Source: an uncultured bacterium
Lineage (GTDB): Bacteria > Krumholzibacteriota > Krumholzibacteriia > Krumholzibacteriales > Krumholzibacteriaceae
DNA: 64,000 nucleotides
Reading direction: 5' to 3'
Assembly: GCA_963813815.1 (NCBI GenBank)
Contig: CAWFAD010000012.1
Coordinates: 32,001 to 96,000 of the forward strand
Shown one piece after another: positions 30,277 through 40,356 of this stretch; position 1 is the first letter of the stretch, and every line of letters begins with the position of its first letter. The notes below the pieces were generated by a model that was not told the DNA's origin, made no database searches, and saw only the letters and a program-made list of their open reading frames with translations. The translations under genes and the position numbers were made by a program.

Positions 30277-30660
30277 TCACCGTCCGATGCGCGCGATCGC
30301 TTCGATCTCCACGAGCGCGCCGAGCGGGAGCCGTCCCACCTGGTACGTGGCCCGCGCCGGAGGAGCCTCGCCGAAGAAGGTCGCATAGACCTCGTTCAGA
30401 ACTGCGAAATCGTCCATCGACTGGAGCAGCACCGTCGTCTTCACGACCGCGGCCATCGTCGTCCCGGCGGCCTCGCAGATCGCGGCGACATTTTTGAGCG
30501 CCCGCCGCGCCTCGGCCTCGATCCCTCCGTCGACGAGCTTCTTCGTCTCCGGATCGATCCCGAGCTGCCCCGATACGAAGAGAAATTCCCCCGCGAGGAT
30601 GCCCTGACTGTACGGTCCGATGGCGGCGGGGGCCGCCTTCGTGCGGATCACCTGTTTCAC
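30277..30660 (-). CDS. ridA: RidA/YjgF enamine deaminase
   Basis: APAAIGPYSQ, FVSGQLG, VVKTTV, PPAR, LVEIEAIA; GTG start after GGAGG. Confidence 0.93.
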   Translation of the reverse strand: MKQVIRTKAAPAAIGPYSQGILAGEFLFVSGQLGIDPETKKLVDGGIEAEARRALKNVAAICEAAGTTMAAVVKTTVLLQSMDDFAVLNEVYATFFGEAPPARATYQVGRLPLGALVEIEAIARIGR

Positions 30661-30695
30661 CGTGCCTCCTCCGAGAACGGTCGTCGCACCGAAGA

Positions 30696-32528
30696 TCACT
30701 CGACCGTGACGCTTTTCGCGAGGTTGCGGGGTTGATCGACGTTGCACCCCCGCAGCACCGCGATGTGGTACGCCAGCAACTGCAGCGGAATCACCGAGAG
30801 AATCGGATAGAGGAAGTCGAGCGTGCGCGGAATGTAGATCACGTGATCCGCCATCTCGACGACCTCGGTGTTCCCTTCGTTCGTGATCGCGATGATCCTG
30901 CCCTTGCGCGCCTTTACCTCGGCAATGTTGCCGACGATCTTCTGGTACGCCGCGTCGCGCGGGCAGATGAACACGACCGGCATGTTCTCGTCGATGAGGG
31001 CGATCGGGCCGTGCTTCATCTCCGCCGCGGGATACCCCTCGGCGTGCACGTAGGAGATTTCCTTGAGCTTGAGCGCTCCCTCGAGGGCGACCGGATAGTT
31101 GGCGCCGCGGCCGAGATAGAGGAAATTGTTGTGCTGAGCGAGCTGCTCGGCGATGCCGCGGATCGACTCGCTCGTATCGAGAATGGAGGCGACCTGCCCG
31201 GGGACCGCCTGAATCGCCTTCACGATTTTCTGGCCCTCGGCCTCGGAGATCGTGCGCAGGCGGCCGAAGATGAGCGCGATGAGGCTCAACACCGTGATCT
31301 GGGAGGTAAAGGCCTTCGTCGACGCGACGCCGATCTCCGGACCCGCGTGAATGTAGACGCCCGCGTGCGACTCGCGGGCGATCGTGCTGCCGACGACGTT
31401 GCAGATGCCGAGGCAGCGCGCCCCGCGCCGCCCGGCCTCTCGGAGCGCCGCGAGCGTGTCGACCGTCTCTCCGGACTGGCTGATCGCGAAGACGATCGTG
31501 CCGTCCTCGATGACGGGATTGCGGTAGCGGAACTCGCTCGCGTACTCGACCTCGACGGGAATGCGCGCCTTCTCCTCGATCATGTACTCGCCGATGAGCC
31601 CCGCGTGCCAGCTCGTGCCGCACCCGATGAGCAGGATGCGCTTCACGTTCCGGAGCTCCTCCTCCGTCATGTTGAGACCGCCGAGATGCGCCTCCCCCGT
31701 CGCCGCGATGAGGCGCCCGCGCATGGCGTTCGTGATCGTTTCCGGCTGCTCGCGAATCTCCTTGATCATGAAGTGCGGATGGCCGCCGCGCTCGATCATA
31801 TCGAGATCCCAGTCGATTTTCTGGACGTCGTGGCTCACGTATTCGTTCTGGACCGTCATGGTTGTGAAGCCGTCGCGGGTCGCCACGATCATTTCGTGAT
31901 CCTCGAGATAGATCACCTGGCGCGTGTGCTTGAGGATCGCCGCGACGTCGCTCGCGATGATGTACTCGCTCTCGCCGATGCCCATGACAACGGGCGAGCC
32001 GTTGCGGGCCGCGACGAGCTTGTCCGGCTCGCTCGCCGACACGACGAGGATGCCGTACGTTCCCTCGACCTTCTCGAGCGCCTTCCGCACGGCGACCTCG
32101 AGATCGCAGCCGGTGTAGTACTTCTCGATGAGGTGCACGAGCGTTTCCGTATCCGTCTCCGTGACGAACCGGTGATTCTCCGCGATGAGGGATTTCTTGA
32201 GCGTCGAGTAGTTCTCGATGATGCCGTTGTGAATGAGCGCGATCCGGCCGCTGCAATCGAAATGCGGATGGGCGTTCGTGCGGTTCGGCTCGCCGTGCGT
32301 GGCCCAGCGGGTATGCGCTATGCCCACGCTGCCCGAGAGATCCATTCCCCGGAGCTTCTCCTCGAGCTGGCTGATCTTACCCGCCGTTTTCTCGTACACG
32401 AGCCCGCCGTCGCGCGCGATCGCGATCCCGGCGGAGTCGTATCCCCGGTACTCGAGCCGCTTGAGCCCCTCGATGAGAATCGCGCCGACGTTCTTGCTCT
32501 TTCCGATGTACCCGATAATTCCGCACAT
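30696..32528 (-). CDS. glmS: Glutamine--fructose-6-phosphate aminotransferase
   Basis: MCGIIG, LEYRGYDSAG, HTRWATHG, SQSGET, PRNLAKSVTVE. Confidence 0.98.
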   Translation of the reverse strand: MCGIIGYIGKSKNVGAILIEGLKRLEYRGYDSAGIAIARDGGLVYEKTAGKISQLEEKLRGMDLSGSVGIAHTRWATHGEPNRTNAHPHFDCSGRIALIHNGIIENYSTLKKSLIAENHRFVTETDTETLVHLIEKYYTGCDLEVAVRKALEKVEGTYGILVVSASEPDKLVAARNGSPVVMGIGESEYIIASDVAAILKHTRQVIYLEDHEMIVATRDGFTTMTVQNEYVSHDVQKIDWDLDMIERGGHPHFMIKEIREQPETITNAMRGRLIAATGEAHLGGLNMTEEELRNVKRILLIGCGTSWHAGLIGEYMIEEKARIPVEVEYASEFRYRNPVIEDGTIVFAISQSGETVDTLAALREAGRRGARCLGICNVVGSTIARESHAGVYIHAGPEIGVASTKAFTSQITVLSLIALIFGRLRTISEAEGQKIVKAIQAVPGQVASILDTSESIRGIAEQLAQHNNFLYLGRGANYPVALEGALKLKEISYVHAEGYPAAEMKHGPIALIDENMPVVFICPRDAAYQKIVGNIAEVKARKGRIIAITNEGNTEVVEMADHVIYIPRTLDFLYPILSVIPLQLLAYHIAVLRGCNVDQPRNLAKSVTVE

Positions 32529-32601
32529 CTCGACACCTCGAATCGAATATCGCCGGCAAGGCCGGCGCCGACCTACCAACGCGATTGCCGCCCGCGCGGC
32601 G

Positions 32602-33942
32602 TCACGACAGAAGCTTTCCCGCTTCCCTCGCGAGCCGCTCCGCCTCCTCGGCGGATGCCGCCTCCGCGATGACCCTCACCACGGGCTCCGTATTCGACCT
32701 GCGCAGATGTATCCACCCCATGGGCATATCAATTCTTATACCATCCGACGCGCAGGCCTCTCCCGGGAAACGCTTTTCCGCTTCTTTTTTCACCCGCTCG
32801 AAATCGCCGGCGAACGAGAACTTGTCCTTGACGATGTGGTAGCGCGGGTAGGAGGCGACCTTGTCGGCGAGCGAGACTCCCTCCTCCGCCAGCGCCTGCA
32901 GCGCGAGGGCGGCTCCGAGCATCGCGTCGCGGCCGTAGTGGAGGGGCGGATAGATGACCCCACCGTTCCCCTCGCCCCCGATCGCCGCGCTCCGCTCCTT
33001 CATGAGGGCGATGACGTTCGCCTCCCCCACTTTCGACCGAAACACGGGAACGCCGTGCCGCTTTCCCAGATCGTCGATGATGCGCGAGGTCGAGAGGTTC
33101 GCGACGAGCGGTCCCTTTTCCCTCGAGAGCACGAAATCCGCCGCCACGGCGAGCGTGAGCTCCTCGCTGCACACAAACCCCGTCCCGTCGACGAGCACGA
33201 GGCGGTCGGCGTCCGGATCGCACGCGAAGCCGATGTCGGCCCGCTCGCGAACGACCGCGCGAGACAGATCGACGAGGTTCGCCGGACGCGGCTCGGGCTC
33301 GTGTGGGAACGGCTCATCGACGCTCGTGAAGAGCTCCACGACCGTGACGCCGAGCTCCCGGAGCAACGCCGGCAGGATGACGCTCCCCGCGCCGTTCACG
33401 CAGTCGACCACGGCCTTGAAACCCCGCTTCGCGACGCGATCGCGGTCCATGCGTCCGAGCGCGAGAATCCGCCCCACGTGGACGGCGTTTCCCGCCTCGT
33501 TCGCCGCATACCCGCCGAAGGACCGCCTCGCCTCGTACACCGGCGACGCCGCGGCGGAGGTCAGGTCGTCCATCTCCGCGGCCGAGAGAAACTCCCCGCG
33601 GCGGTCCAGAAACTTGAGCGCGTTCCACTCGATGCCGTTGTGGCTCGCCGTGATGATGATCCCGCCCTCGGCCTTGAGCTCGTCGACCATGATCTCGACG
33701 GTCGGGGTCGACGCGATGCCCAGATCGACGGCCGAGCATCCCTCGAAGCGCAGCGCCGAAAACACCGCCGAGGCGAGCGCCGGACCGGAGGGACGGGTGT
33801 CCCGCCCCACGACGACGACGCCGCCGCGGAGCCGCGCGGCGAATGCGGCCGCGTAGCGCAGCGCCGTCCCGGGGTTCATTCCGGGCCCCACGATCCCCCG
33901 CACGCCCGAGACGCCGGCCATGAGATTCGGATTCTGAGCCAT
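32602..33942 (-). CDS. glmM: Phosphoglucosamine mutase / phosphohexomutase
   Basis: SGVRG, ITASHN, DPDADR, GGEGNGG, RRSNTEP; upstream of glmS. Confidence 0.85.
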   Translation of the reverse strand: MAQNPNLMAGVSGVRGIVGPGMNPGTALRYAAAFAARLRGGVVVVGRDTRPSGPALASAVFSALRFEGCSAVDLGIASTPTVEIMVDELKAEGGIIITASHNGIEWNALKFLDRRGEFLSAAEMDDLTSAAASPVYEARRSFGGYAANEAGNAVHVGRILALGRMDRDRVAKRGFKAVVDCVNGAGSVILPALLRELGVTVVELFTSVDEPFPHEPEPRPANLVDLSRAVVRERADIGFACDPDADRLVLVDGTGFVCSEELTLAVAADFVLSREKGPLVANLSTSRIIDDLGKRHGVPVFRSKVGEANVIALMKERSAAIGGEGNGGVIYPPLHYGRDAMLGAALALQALAEEGVSLADKVASYPRYHIVKDKFSFAGDFERVKKEAEKRFPGEACASDGIRIDMPMGWIHLRRSNTEPVVRVIAEAASAEEAERLAREAGKLLS

Positions 33943-34020
33943 CGACACGCTCCGTCCCGCCACCGCGCCCGCGGCGCCGGGCGGTTTGCATTATACGACA
34001 GCCGCCGCCGAGCCGCATAA

Positions 34021-34050
34021 GAAAAATCCCGGCCGCCGGGCGGCCGGGAC
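34021..34050 (-). terminator. Intrinsic terminator ending the por operon
   Basis: TCCCGGCCGC...GCGGCCGGGA hairpin followed by TTTTT on the minus strand. Confidence 0.7.
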
Positions 34051-34076
34051 GATTCGCGGACCCTTCGCGGCGGAGC

Positions 34077-34622
34077 CTATTCCCGCACTTCGGCGTACGC
34101 GCGCATGAACGATTTGAGGTTTCGCGGCCCGACGCGCCCAAAACGCTTCGTGAGGGGTTCCTCGATCGATTCGGGCTTGATGACGCCCGTCATCTTGACC
34201 GCCGCGCCGAGCATCGTCGTGTTCGTAATGGGGCGCCCGAGCTCCTCGACCGCGATTTTCGTCGCGTCGACCGTTGCGACCCGGATATCGGCGTAGCCGA
34301 ACTGTTTCTTGATCTCCTCGGGGCTCTTCGCCGTGTTGACGACGAGAACGCCGCCGGATTTCAGGCCCTTTCGGGGATTCGCGATCCGGAGGAGGCTCTG
34401 GTCGAGCACGATGACGACGTCCGGTTCGTTCACGGCGAACCGGGTCCGGAGAGGCGCATCGTCGACGCGGGAGAACGCGACGACCGGCGCGCCGCGCCGC
34501 TCCGGCCCGAAGCTCGGAAAGCTCTGCGCGTATCTGCCCTCGTTGATGACGGCGACGGCGAGCAACTCGGCGCTCGTCACCGCTCCCTGTCCGCCGCGTC
34601 CGTGAAATCTGATCTCCAGCAT
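34077..34622 (-). CDS. porC: Pyruvate:ferredoxin oxidoreductase gamma subunit
   Basis: EIRFHGRGGQGAVT, FPSFGPERRGAPV, NTTMLGA. Confidence 0.93.
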   Translation of the reverse strand: MLEIRFHGRGGQGAVTSAELLAVAVINEGRYAQSFPSFGPERRGAPVVAFSRVDDAPLRTRFAVNEPDVVIVLDQSLLRIANPRKGLKSGGVLVVNTAKSPEEIKKQFGYADIRVATVDATKIAVEELGRPITNTTMLGAAVKMTGVIKPESIEEPLTKRFGRVGPRNLKSFMRAYAEVRE

Positions 34623-34629
34623 GTTCGTC

Positions 34630-35355
34630 CTACTTTTTTGTCGAACGGCAATCGACGCACGTGTCGAAATGATCTTCCGGAAGGTTCGCGATCTTCCGGA
34701 AATACTCGAGCTGTTTCACCGGGGCGAAATGCTTTCCGCAGACCTTGCATGCGGCCATCGGAAAATCCGTCTTCCAGATGCGCCGCACACCGTCGCGCTC
34801 CTCCATCGGAATGACGCCCACCGGACAGATATAGTGGCACGAGCCGCACGCGATGCAATCCTCCGGCGCCTCCTCGAACGGCGTCGCGACGGCGCGCGTG
34901 TCGCCGCGGCTCTTGAATCCGATCGCCGATACCCCCACGACCTCCCGGCAGACGCGAACGCACTGGCCGCAGAGGATGCACCCCTTGAAGTCGACCGGGA
35001 ACATGCTCTTCTCGATCCCGAGGCTCGAGGCGAGCTCGCGGAGGCGCGGATGCGTCGAGTTCCGCGAGAGGAGCAGGTGCAGAACGAGCCGCCGCACGTT
35101 CAGAACGCGCTCGGTCGAGGTATTCACCTCGAGCCCCTCGGCCACCTCGTGGATGCACGAAACGACGAGGCGCTGGCGCTTCTTGTGCGTAACCTCGACC
35201 ATGCAGAGCCGGCAGGCGCCGTACGGATGGAGCTCCTCGTTGCTGCAGAGGTTGGGGATGTCGATGTTGGCGTCGCGCGCGGCGTCGAGAATCGTCGTCC
35301 CCGCCGCGGCCGTCACCCGCCGTCCGTCGATCGTCAGTGTCACCTTGTCCGCCAT
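34630..35355 (-). CDS. Fe-S subunit, HydA/NuoG N-terminal-like (BfuA-like), no catalytic domain
   Basis: 2Fe-2S (IPNLC...GACRLC...SC), 2x4Fe-4S (CILCGQCVRVC, CIACGSCHYIC), C-terminal CKVC...CVDC; 241 aa, no H-cluster or Mo/W domain. Confidence 0.88.
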   Translation of the reverse strand: MADKVTLTIDGRRVTAAAGTTILDAARDANIDIPNLCSNEELHPYGACRLCMVEVTHKKRQRLVVSCIHEVAEGLEVNTSTERVLNVRRLVLHLLLSRNSTHPRLRELASSLGIEKSMFPVDFKGCILCGQCVRVCREVVGVSAIGFKSRGDTRAVATPFEEAPEDCIACGSCHYICPVGVIPMEERDGVRRIWKTDFPMAACKVCGKHFAPVKQLEYFRKIANLPEDHFDTCVDCRSTKK

Positions 35356-35399
35356 GTCGGTTCCTTTGCCGGGGGCGGCGCGTCCCCGCGCCGCCATCG

Positions 35400-37250
35400 C
35401 TACGAAATGAGTATCGCGTCGAACTTGCAGGCCTCGAAACAGGCCCCGCACTTGATACACGTTTTCTGATCGATCGTATGAGCCTTTTTCTTCTCCCCCG
35501 TTGCCGCCTTCGTCGGGCATACTCGCGCGCACGCCGTGCATCCGGTGCAGGCGTCCGCCGCGACCGTGAAGGCGATGAGCTCCTTGCAGACGCCGGCCGG
35601 GCACTTCCGGTCGCGGATATGCGCGAGGTACTCGTCCTTGAAATGCTTGATGGTGCTCAGCACGGGGAACGGCGCCGTGCCCCCGAGGGCGCAGAGCGAG
35701 CCGTCGATGACCCCCTTGCCGATCCATTCGAGCAGATCGATATCGCTCTCCACTCCCTTGCCCGCGCAGATCCGGTCGAGAATGGCGCGCATCTGGTAGA
35801 CGCCCTCGCGGCACGGCGTGCACTTGCCGCAAGACTCCTGCTCGAGAAACTTGAGGAAATACCTGGCGACGTCCACCATGCAGGTGCGATCGTCCATGAC
35901 GATCATGCCGCCCGAGCCCATCATCGAGCCCACCTTCGAGAGCTCGTCGAAATCGACCGGCATGTCGAGATGCTGCTCGGGGATGCAGCCGCCCGAGGGA
36001 CCGCCCGTTTGTATCGCCTTGAACTTCCGGCCCTTCGGGATGCCGCCGCCGATGCCGAACACGATCTCGCGGAGGGTGATTCCCATGGGGACCTCAACGA
36101 GACCGGTGTTGTTGATCTTGCCGACGAGCGAGAAGATCTTCGTTCCCGTGCTCCCCGCGGTGCCGATCGAGGCGTACCAGTCGGCGCCCTTGCTGATGAT
36201 CGGCGGCACGTTCGCCCACGTTTCGACGTTGTTGAGGCAGGTCGGTTTGTCGTAGAGGCCCCGGTCGGTGGCGTGCACGTACTTCTGACGCGGCTCGCCG
36301 GCCCGCCCTTCGATCGAGGCGAAGAGCGCGGAGGATTCGCCGCAGACGAAGGCGCCGCCGCCGCGGTTGATCTTGATATCGAAGCTGAAATCCGTTCCGA
36401 GGATCCTTTCGCCGAGCAGCCCGTACGCGCGGGCGTTCTCGATCGCAGAGGTGATGTTCGTCACGGCGAGCGGATACTCGTTGCGCACGTAGATGTACCC
36501 GTTGCTCGAGCCGATCGCGAAGGCGCCGATGATCATCCCCTCGAGCACGCTGTGCGGATTGCCCTCGAGGAGGCTTCGATCCATGTAGGCGCCCGGATCC
36601 CCCTCGTCGGCGTTGCAGATGACGTACTTCGGCTCGCCCTCCGCCTTGGCGGTCGATTCCCATTTCCAGCCCGTCATGAAGCCGCCGCCGCCCCGTCCGC
36701 GAAGCTTCGCCCTCGTCACCTCGTTGATGATGTCCCCGGGCTTCATCGCGAGCGCCTTGGCGAGCGCCGCGTAGCCTCCGATGGCGACGTAGTCGTCGAT
36801 GCTCCGCGGATCGATCTGCCCGTTCATGCCGAAGATAAGCCGCATCTGCTTCCGGTAGAAGGGAACGTCGTGCTCGTGGAGGATTTTCTCCTTCGTCACC
36901 GGATCGCGGTACACGAGGCGGTCGATGATTTCGTCCTTGAGCACCGATTTCTCGATGATCTCGCCCGCGTCCTCGGTTTTCACGTGCTGGTAGAATATCT
37001 TCTTCGGCTGGATCACGACAAGCGGTCCGCGCTCGCAGAATCCGTGACAGCCGCTCGTGCGAATCTCGACCTTGTTTCCGAGCCCGCGCTTCTCGATCTC
37101 CGCGCGGAAGTTGTCGATGAGCTTCTGCGTACCGTACGCGAGGCATCCCGTGCCGGCGCATATCACGATGGTCGGCTTTCTCGGGTCGCGCGCGGACGCG
37201 AGCTTCTGCTGGAGCGTCGCGAGCTCTTTCGCCGATTTAAGCTTCTTCAT
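35400..37250 (-). CDS. NAD(H)/FMN-binding subunit, HydB/NuoF-like (BfuB-like)
   Basis: N-terminal thioredoxin-like 2Fe-2S (CAGTGC, GCHGFC), LRGRGGGGF, CNADEGDPGAYMD, GGPSGG, ESCGKCTPCREG, C-terminal 2x4Fe-4S. Confidence 0.93.
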   Translation of the reverse strand: MKKLKSAKELATLQQKLASARDPRKPTIVICAGTGCLAYGTQKLIDNFRAEIEKRGLGNKVEIRTSGCHGFCERGPLVVIQPKKIFYQHVKTEDAGEIIEKSVLKDEIIDRLVYRDPVTKEKILHEHDVPFYRKQMRLIFGMNGQIDPRSIDDYVAIGGYAALAKALAMKPGDIINEVTRAKLRGRGGGGFMTGWKWESTAKAEGEPKYVICNADEGDPGAYMDRSLLEGNPHSVLEGMIIGAFAIGSSNGYIYVRNEYPLAVTNITSAIENARAYGLLGERILGTDFSFDIKINRGGGAFVCGESSALFASIEGRAGEPRQKYVHATDRGLYDKPTCLNNVETWANVPPIISKGADWYASIGTAGSTGTKIFSLVGKINNTGLVEVPMGITLREIVFGIGGGIPKGRKFKAIQTGGPSGGCIPEQHLDMPVDFDELSKVGSMMGSGGMIVMDDRTCMVDVARYFLKFLEQESCGKCTPCREGVYQMRAILDRICAGKGVESDIDLLEWIGKGVIDGSLCALGGTAPFPVLSTIKHFKDEYLAHIRDRKCPAGVCKELIAFTVAADACTGCTACARVCPTKAATGEKKKAHTIDQKTCIKCGACFEACKFDAILIS

Positions 37251-37746
37251 CGGTTTCTACCTTTTTCCCGAGGGCGGCGAGCACCTTGTTCGTCTTGGCG
37301 ATCGTGATTTGGCCGTGATACTCGTCGTTCACGACGAGTATGGGGCCGAGCGCACAGGCGCCGAGGCAGTTCACCGTCTCAAAGCTGAACTCTCGATCGC
37401 TCGTCGTTTCGCCCGAAGCGATGCCGAGCGTGCGTGCGATGTGGTCAGCGATCTGCGGGGCCCCGCGAACGTGGCACGCCGTTCCGAGACAGAGGCTCAG
37501 GCGGTAGCGGCCTTTCGGCGCGAGACTGAACGCGCGGTAGAAGGTCGCGAGGTGGTACACGAGACTCCGCGTCACGCCGAGACTCTCGACGAGAGCGTCG
37601 AGCGCCTCTCTCGGGAGGTAATTGAACTCCCGCTGGATATCCTGCATGATGGGGATCACGAAGCTCTTGTCGCGCCCGTACCGCGCGACGATCTCGTCGA
37701 CCTTCGCTCCCACGGCATCGTTTCGTTTCGATCGGCTCGCTTCCAT
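37237..37746 (-). CDS. 2Fe-2S subunit, HydC/NuoE-like (BfuC-like)
   Basis: LATFY, CLGTACHVRG, CLGACALGP. Confidence 0.93.
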   Translation of the reverse strand: MEASRSKRNDAVGAKVDEIVARYGRDKSFVIPIMQDIQREFNYLPREALDALVESLGVTRSLVYHLATFYRAFSLAPKGRYRLSLCLGTACHVRGAPQIADHIARTLGIASGETTSDREFSFETVNCLGACALGPILVVNDEYHGQITIAKTNKVLAALGKKVETDEEA

Positions 37747-37795
37747 GGCTCGCTCTTTCCTGAGGTCGTCCTCTCTGCATCGACTCCCGCGCGCG

Positions 37796-38719
37796 CTAGA
37801 GCTCGGCTCTCGCGCGGAGCTTCTCCCATTCCCCCGTGACGCGACTCTGTATCTTCTCGATGAGCTCGGGCGTCAGATGGCGGAACCGCCCCTGAGGCTT
37901 GAGGTAGTCCGCGACCGGCCGCAGCGCGGGAACGTCGACCGTGATTCGGTACCGCCCCTTCTCGACTTCGTAGAGCGGGAACACACCCGTCTCGACGGCC
38001 AGCCGCCCGATCCAGATCGCCTTTTCGCTCGGAAGCCCCCATCCCGTCGGACACACGGAGAGTATATGAATGTAGGCGGGGCCGCCGGCCTTCGCCGCCT
38101 TCTCGACCTTCTTCATGAGATCGAAGGGGTAGCTCGAGCACGCCGTCGCGACGTAGGGGATGCCGTGCGCGGCCGCGATCTCCGGCATGTTCTTCTTCCA
38201 CGTGACCTGCCCGGCCTTTATCTTGCCCGCCGGCGAGGTGGTCGTCGAGGCGCCGAACGGCGTTCCCGAGGATCGCTGCACGCCGGTGTTCATGTAGGCC
38301 TCGTTGTCGTAGCAGACATAGATGAAGCGATGCCCTCGCTCGAATGCGCCCGAAAGCGCCTGCAACCCGATGTCGCTCGTTGCGCCGTCGCCGCCCATGC
38401 CGAGGAAGATCGTCCCCTTCTCGGGGATCGCGCCCTTGCGCACGAGCGCGCGGTAGGCGCCCTCGGCCCCCGTCGCGACCGCCGCGGCGTTTTCGAACGC
38501 GACGTGAATCCAGGGCACTCGCCAGTTGGTGAAGGGGAACGGCGAGGAGATGATCTCCATGCACCCCGTGGCCGAAGCGACGACGACGTTCTGCCCGAGC
38601 GCCTTTGCGACGAGCCGGACGGCGAGCGCTTCCGCGCACCCCTGACAGGCGCGATGTCCCGGGGCGAAGTACTCGCGCTTCGTGACGAGCCTCGAGGCGT
38701 ATACGTTGAGCGATTCCAT
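37796..38719 (-). CDS. porB: Pyruvate:ferredoxin oxidoreductase beta subunit (TPP-binding)
   Basis: [41 protein letters not shown]. Confidence 0.93.
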   Translation of the reverse strand: MESLNVYASRLVTKREYFAPGHRACQGCAEALAVRLVAKALGQNVVVASATGCMEIISSPFPFTNWRVPWIHVAFENAAAVATGAEGAYRALVRKGAIPEKGTIFLGMGGDGATSDIGLQALSGAFERGHRFIYVCYDNEAYMNTGVQRSSGTPFGASTTTSPAGKIKAGQVTWKKNMPEIAAAHGIPYVATACSSYPFDLMKKVEKAAKAGGPAYIHILSVCPTGWGLPSEKAIWIGRLAVETGVFPLYEVEKGRYRITVDVPALRPVADYLKPQGRFRHLTPELIEKIQSRVTGEWEKLRARAEL

Positions 38720-39903
38720 TACTCTCTCACCCCGTAGAAGATATAATCTTCCTGCCGGATCGGCGCGCCGGAAGCGACGAGCTCCTCCGTTTTCGCGTAC
38801 ATCTTGATGAAGTCTTCCGGCGTAACGTCGCGGCCGGCGAATCCCGCGAGGAAATTGGTGATCGCCGGCTTCTGCTTCTGCTCATAGAGCGCCGCGCGGA
38901 TCTCGCTCGCCACCGGCCCGCCGGGACCGCCGTACGATATCGCCCGGTCGATAACGATGAGCTTTTTCACGCCCTTCACCGCGTCGCGGAGCTCGTCGAA
39001 CGGAAACGGGCGCCAGAGGCGAAGCCGTATCTGCCCGACCGGCTTTCCCTGCTCGCGAAGGCGGTCGACCGCGATCGACGCGGTCTCCCCGAAGCTTCCC
39101 ATCGTGACGATCGCCGTCTCGGCTCCGTCCATCTTGTAGGTTTCAACCGACTTGTACGCGCGACCGGTGATCTTCGCGATCTCGTCCCACGCCTTCATGA
39201 TGACCGGCCTCGCGGCGAGGAGCGCCGCGTCCTGCGCCTTTTTCGTTTCGGCAAAAATGTTCGGAATGCCGAAGGCGCCCAGCGTGACGGGAGCGTCGGG
39301 AGTGAGCACGTTGACCGGTTTGAAGGGAGGAAGGTAACGCGCGGCCTGCTCCTTGTCCCAGTACTCGATGGCCTCGATGACGTGCGTCACGATGAACCCG
39401 TCGATGTTGATCATGACCGGTATCGAGACCGCCGGATCTTCGGCGACGCGAAAGGCGTAGAGCACGTGGTCGAAGAGCTCCTGCCCGTTGTCGGCGAACA
39501 CCTGTATCCAGCCGCAGTCGCGCACCGACATCACGTCGGTGTGATCGTTCCAGATGCTCAGGGGTCCCGAAAGCGAGCGGTTCGCGAGGATCATCACGAT
39601 CGGGAGCCGCAGGCTCGCCGCGATGAACACGATCTCGTTCATGAGGGCGAGCCCCTGCGCGCTCGTGCAGGTGAAGGTGCGCGCCCCCATCGCGGAGGAG
39701 CCGCAGCACACGCTCATCGCCGAATGTTCCGATTCGACCGGTATGAACTCGGCGTCGAGCTCTCCCTCGGCGACGAGCTCGGCGAGGTGCTCGACGATGT
39801 GCGTCTGCGGGGTGATCGGATACGCCGCGACGACGTCGACGTTCGCCAGGGCGACCGCCTCCGCCGCGGCGATCGAGTTTTCGATTCCGACGCGTTTCGG
39901 CAT
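38719..39903 (-). CDS. porA: Pyruvate:ferredoxin oxidoreductase alpha subunit
   Basis: [38 protein letters not shown]. Confidence 0.93.
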   Translation of the reverse strand: MPKRVGIENSIAAAEAVALANVDVVAAYPITPQTHIVEHLAELVAEGELDAEFIPVESEHSAMSVCCGSSAMGARTFTCTSAQGLALMNEIVFIAASLRLPIVMILANRSLSGPLSIWNDHTDVMSVRDCGWIQVFADNGQELFDHVLYAFRVAEDPAVSIPVMINIDGFIVTHVIEAIEYWDKEQAARYLPPFKPVNVLTPDAPVTLGAFGIPNIFAETKKAQDAALLAARPVIMKAWDEIAKITGRAYKSVETYKMDGAETAIVTMGSFGETASIAVDRLREQGKPVGQIRLRLWRPFPFDELRDAVKGVKKLIVIDRAISYGGPGGPVASEIRAALYEQKQKPAITNFLAGFAGRDVTPEDFIKMYAKTEELVASGAPIRQEDYIFYGVRE

Positions 39904-40209
39904 TTATTCCTCCGCCTCCTCCGCCATCGAGATGCAGCCCGTGATGCATTCCTGCGCGCAGATGCCGCAACCCTTGCAGTAGTAGAGGTCGGCCTCGAAG
40001 TAGCCTTCCTCATTCTTGCGGACCGCCGCGTCGGGACAGAAGAGGTAACAGACGCCGCACTTGACGCAGCGGGAATGATCCCACAGGGGCCGGATGGAGC
40101 GCCAGTCGCCGGTCCTATACTGCGCGGCGTTGCCGGCGTCGGAGACCGCGCAGCCGATCTCGATGTCTTTCCACCCGAGTTCTTCTTCCGATTTGACCGG
40201 CTTTTTCAT
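39904..40209 (-). CDS. porD: Pyruvate:ferredoxin oxidoreductase delta subunit
   Basis: TGDWRSIRP, CVKCGVCYLFCPD, YCKGCGICAQEC. Confidence 0.93.
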   Translation of the reverse strand: MKKPVKSEEELGWKDIEIGCAVSDAGNAAQYRTGDWRSIRPLWDHSRCVKCGVCYLFCPDAAVRKNEEGYFEADLYYCKGCGICAQECITGCISMAEEAEE

Positions 40210-40284
40210 GTCACTCCCCCGCGCTTCAGGGACGAAAAGCCCTCCCGACCCGATTCCCCGCCGTGAACGAAAAAAATTAGGCGA

Positions 40285-40313
40285 AATATACTCTCTTCGC
40301 CGCGCACCTTCAA
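40285..40313 (-). promoter_or_regulatory. Sigma70-type promoter of the por-bfu operon
   Basis: TTGAAG-17-TATATT. Confidence 0.6.
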
Positions 40314-40356
40314 GCGGAAACGGCGGGGGCCGCGCCCCCGCCGTCCGCCTGCGAGC

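Noticed and set aside
32529..32601. glmS ribozyme upstream of glmS
   Set aside because: Gap is only ~70 nt and lacks the conserved core.
34630..37746. Respiratory complex I (nuoEFG) or an [FeFe]-hydrogenase
   Set aside because: No other nuo genes nearby, extra ferredoxin domains on the F-like subunit, and no H-cluster motifs in the short third subunit.
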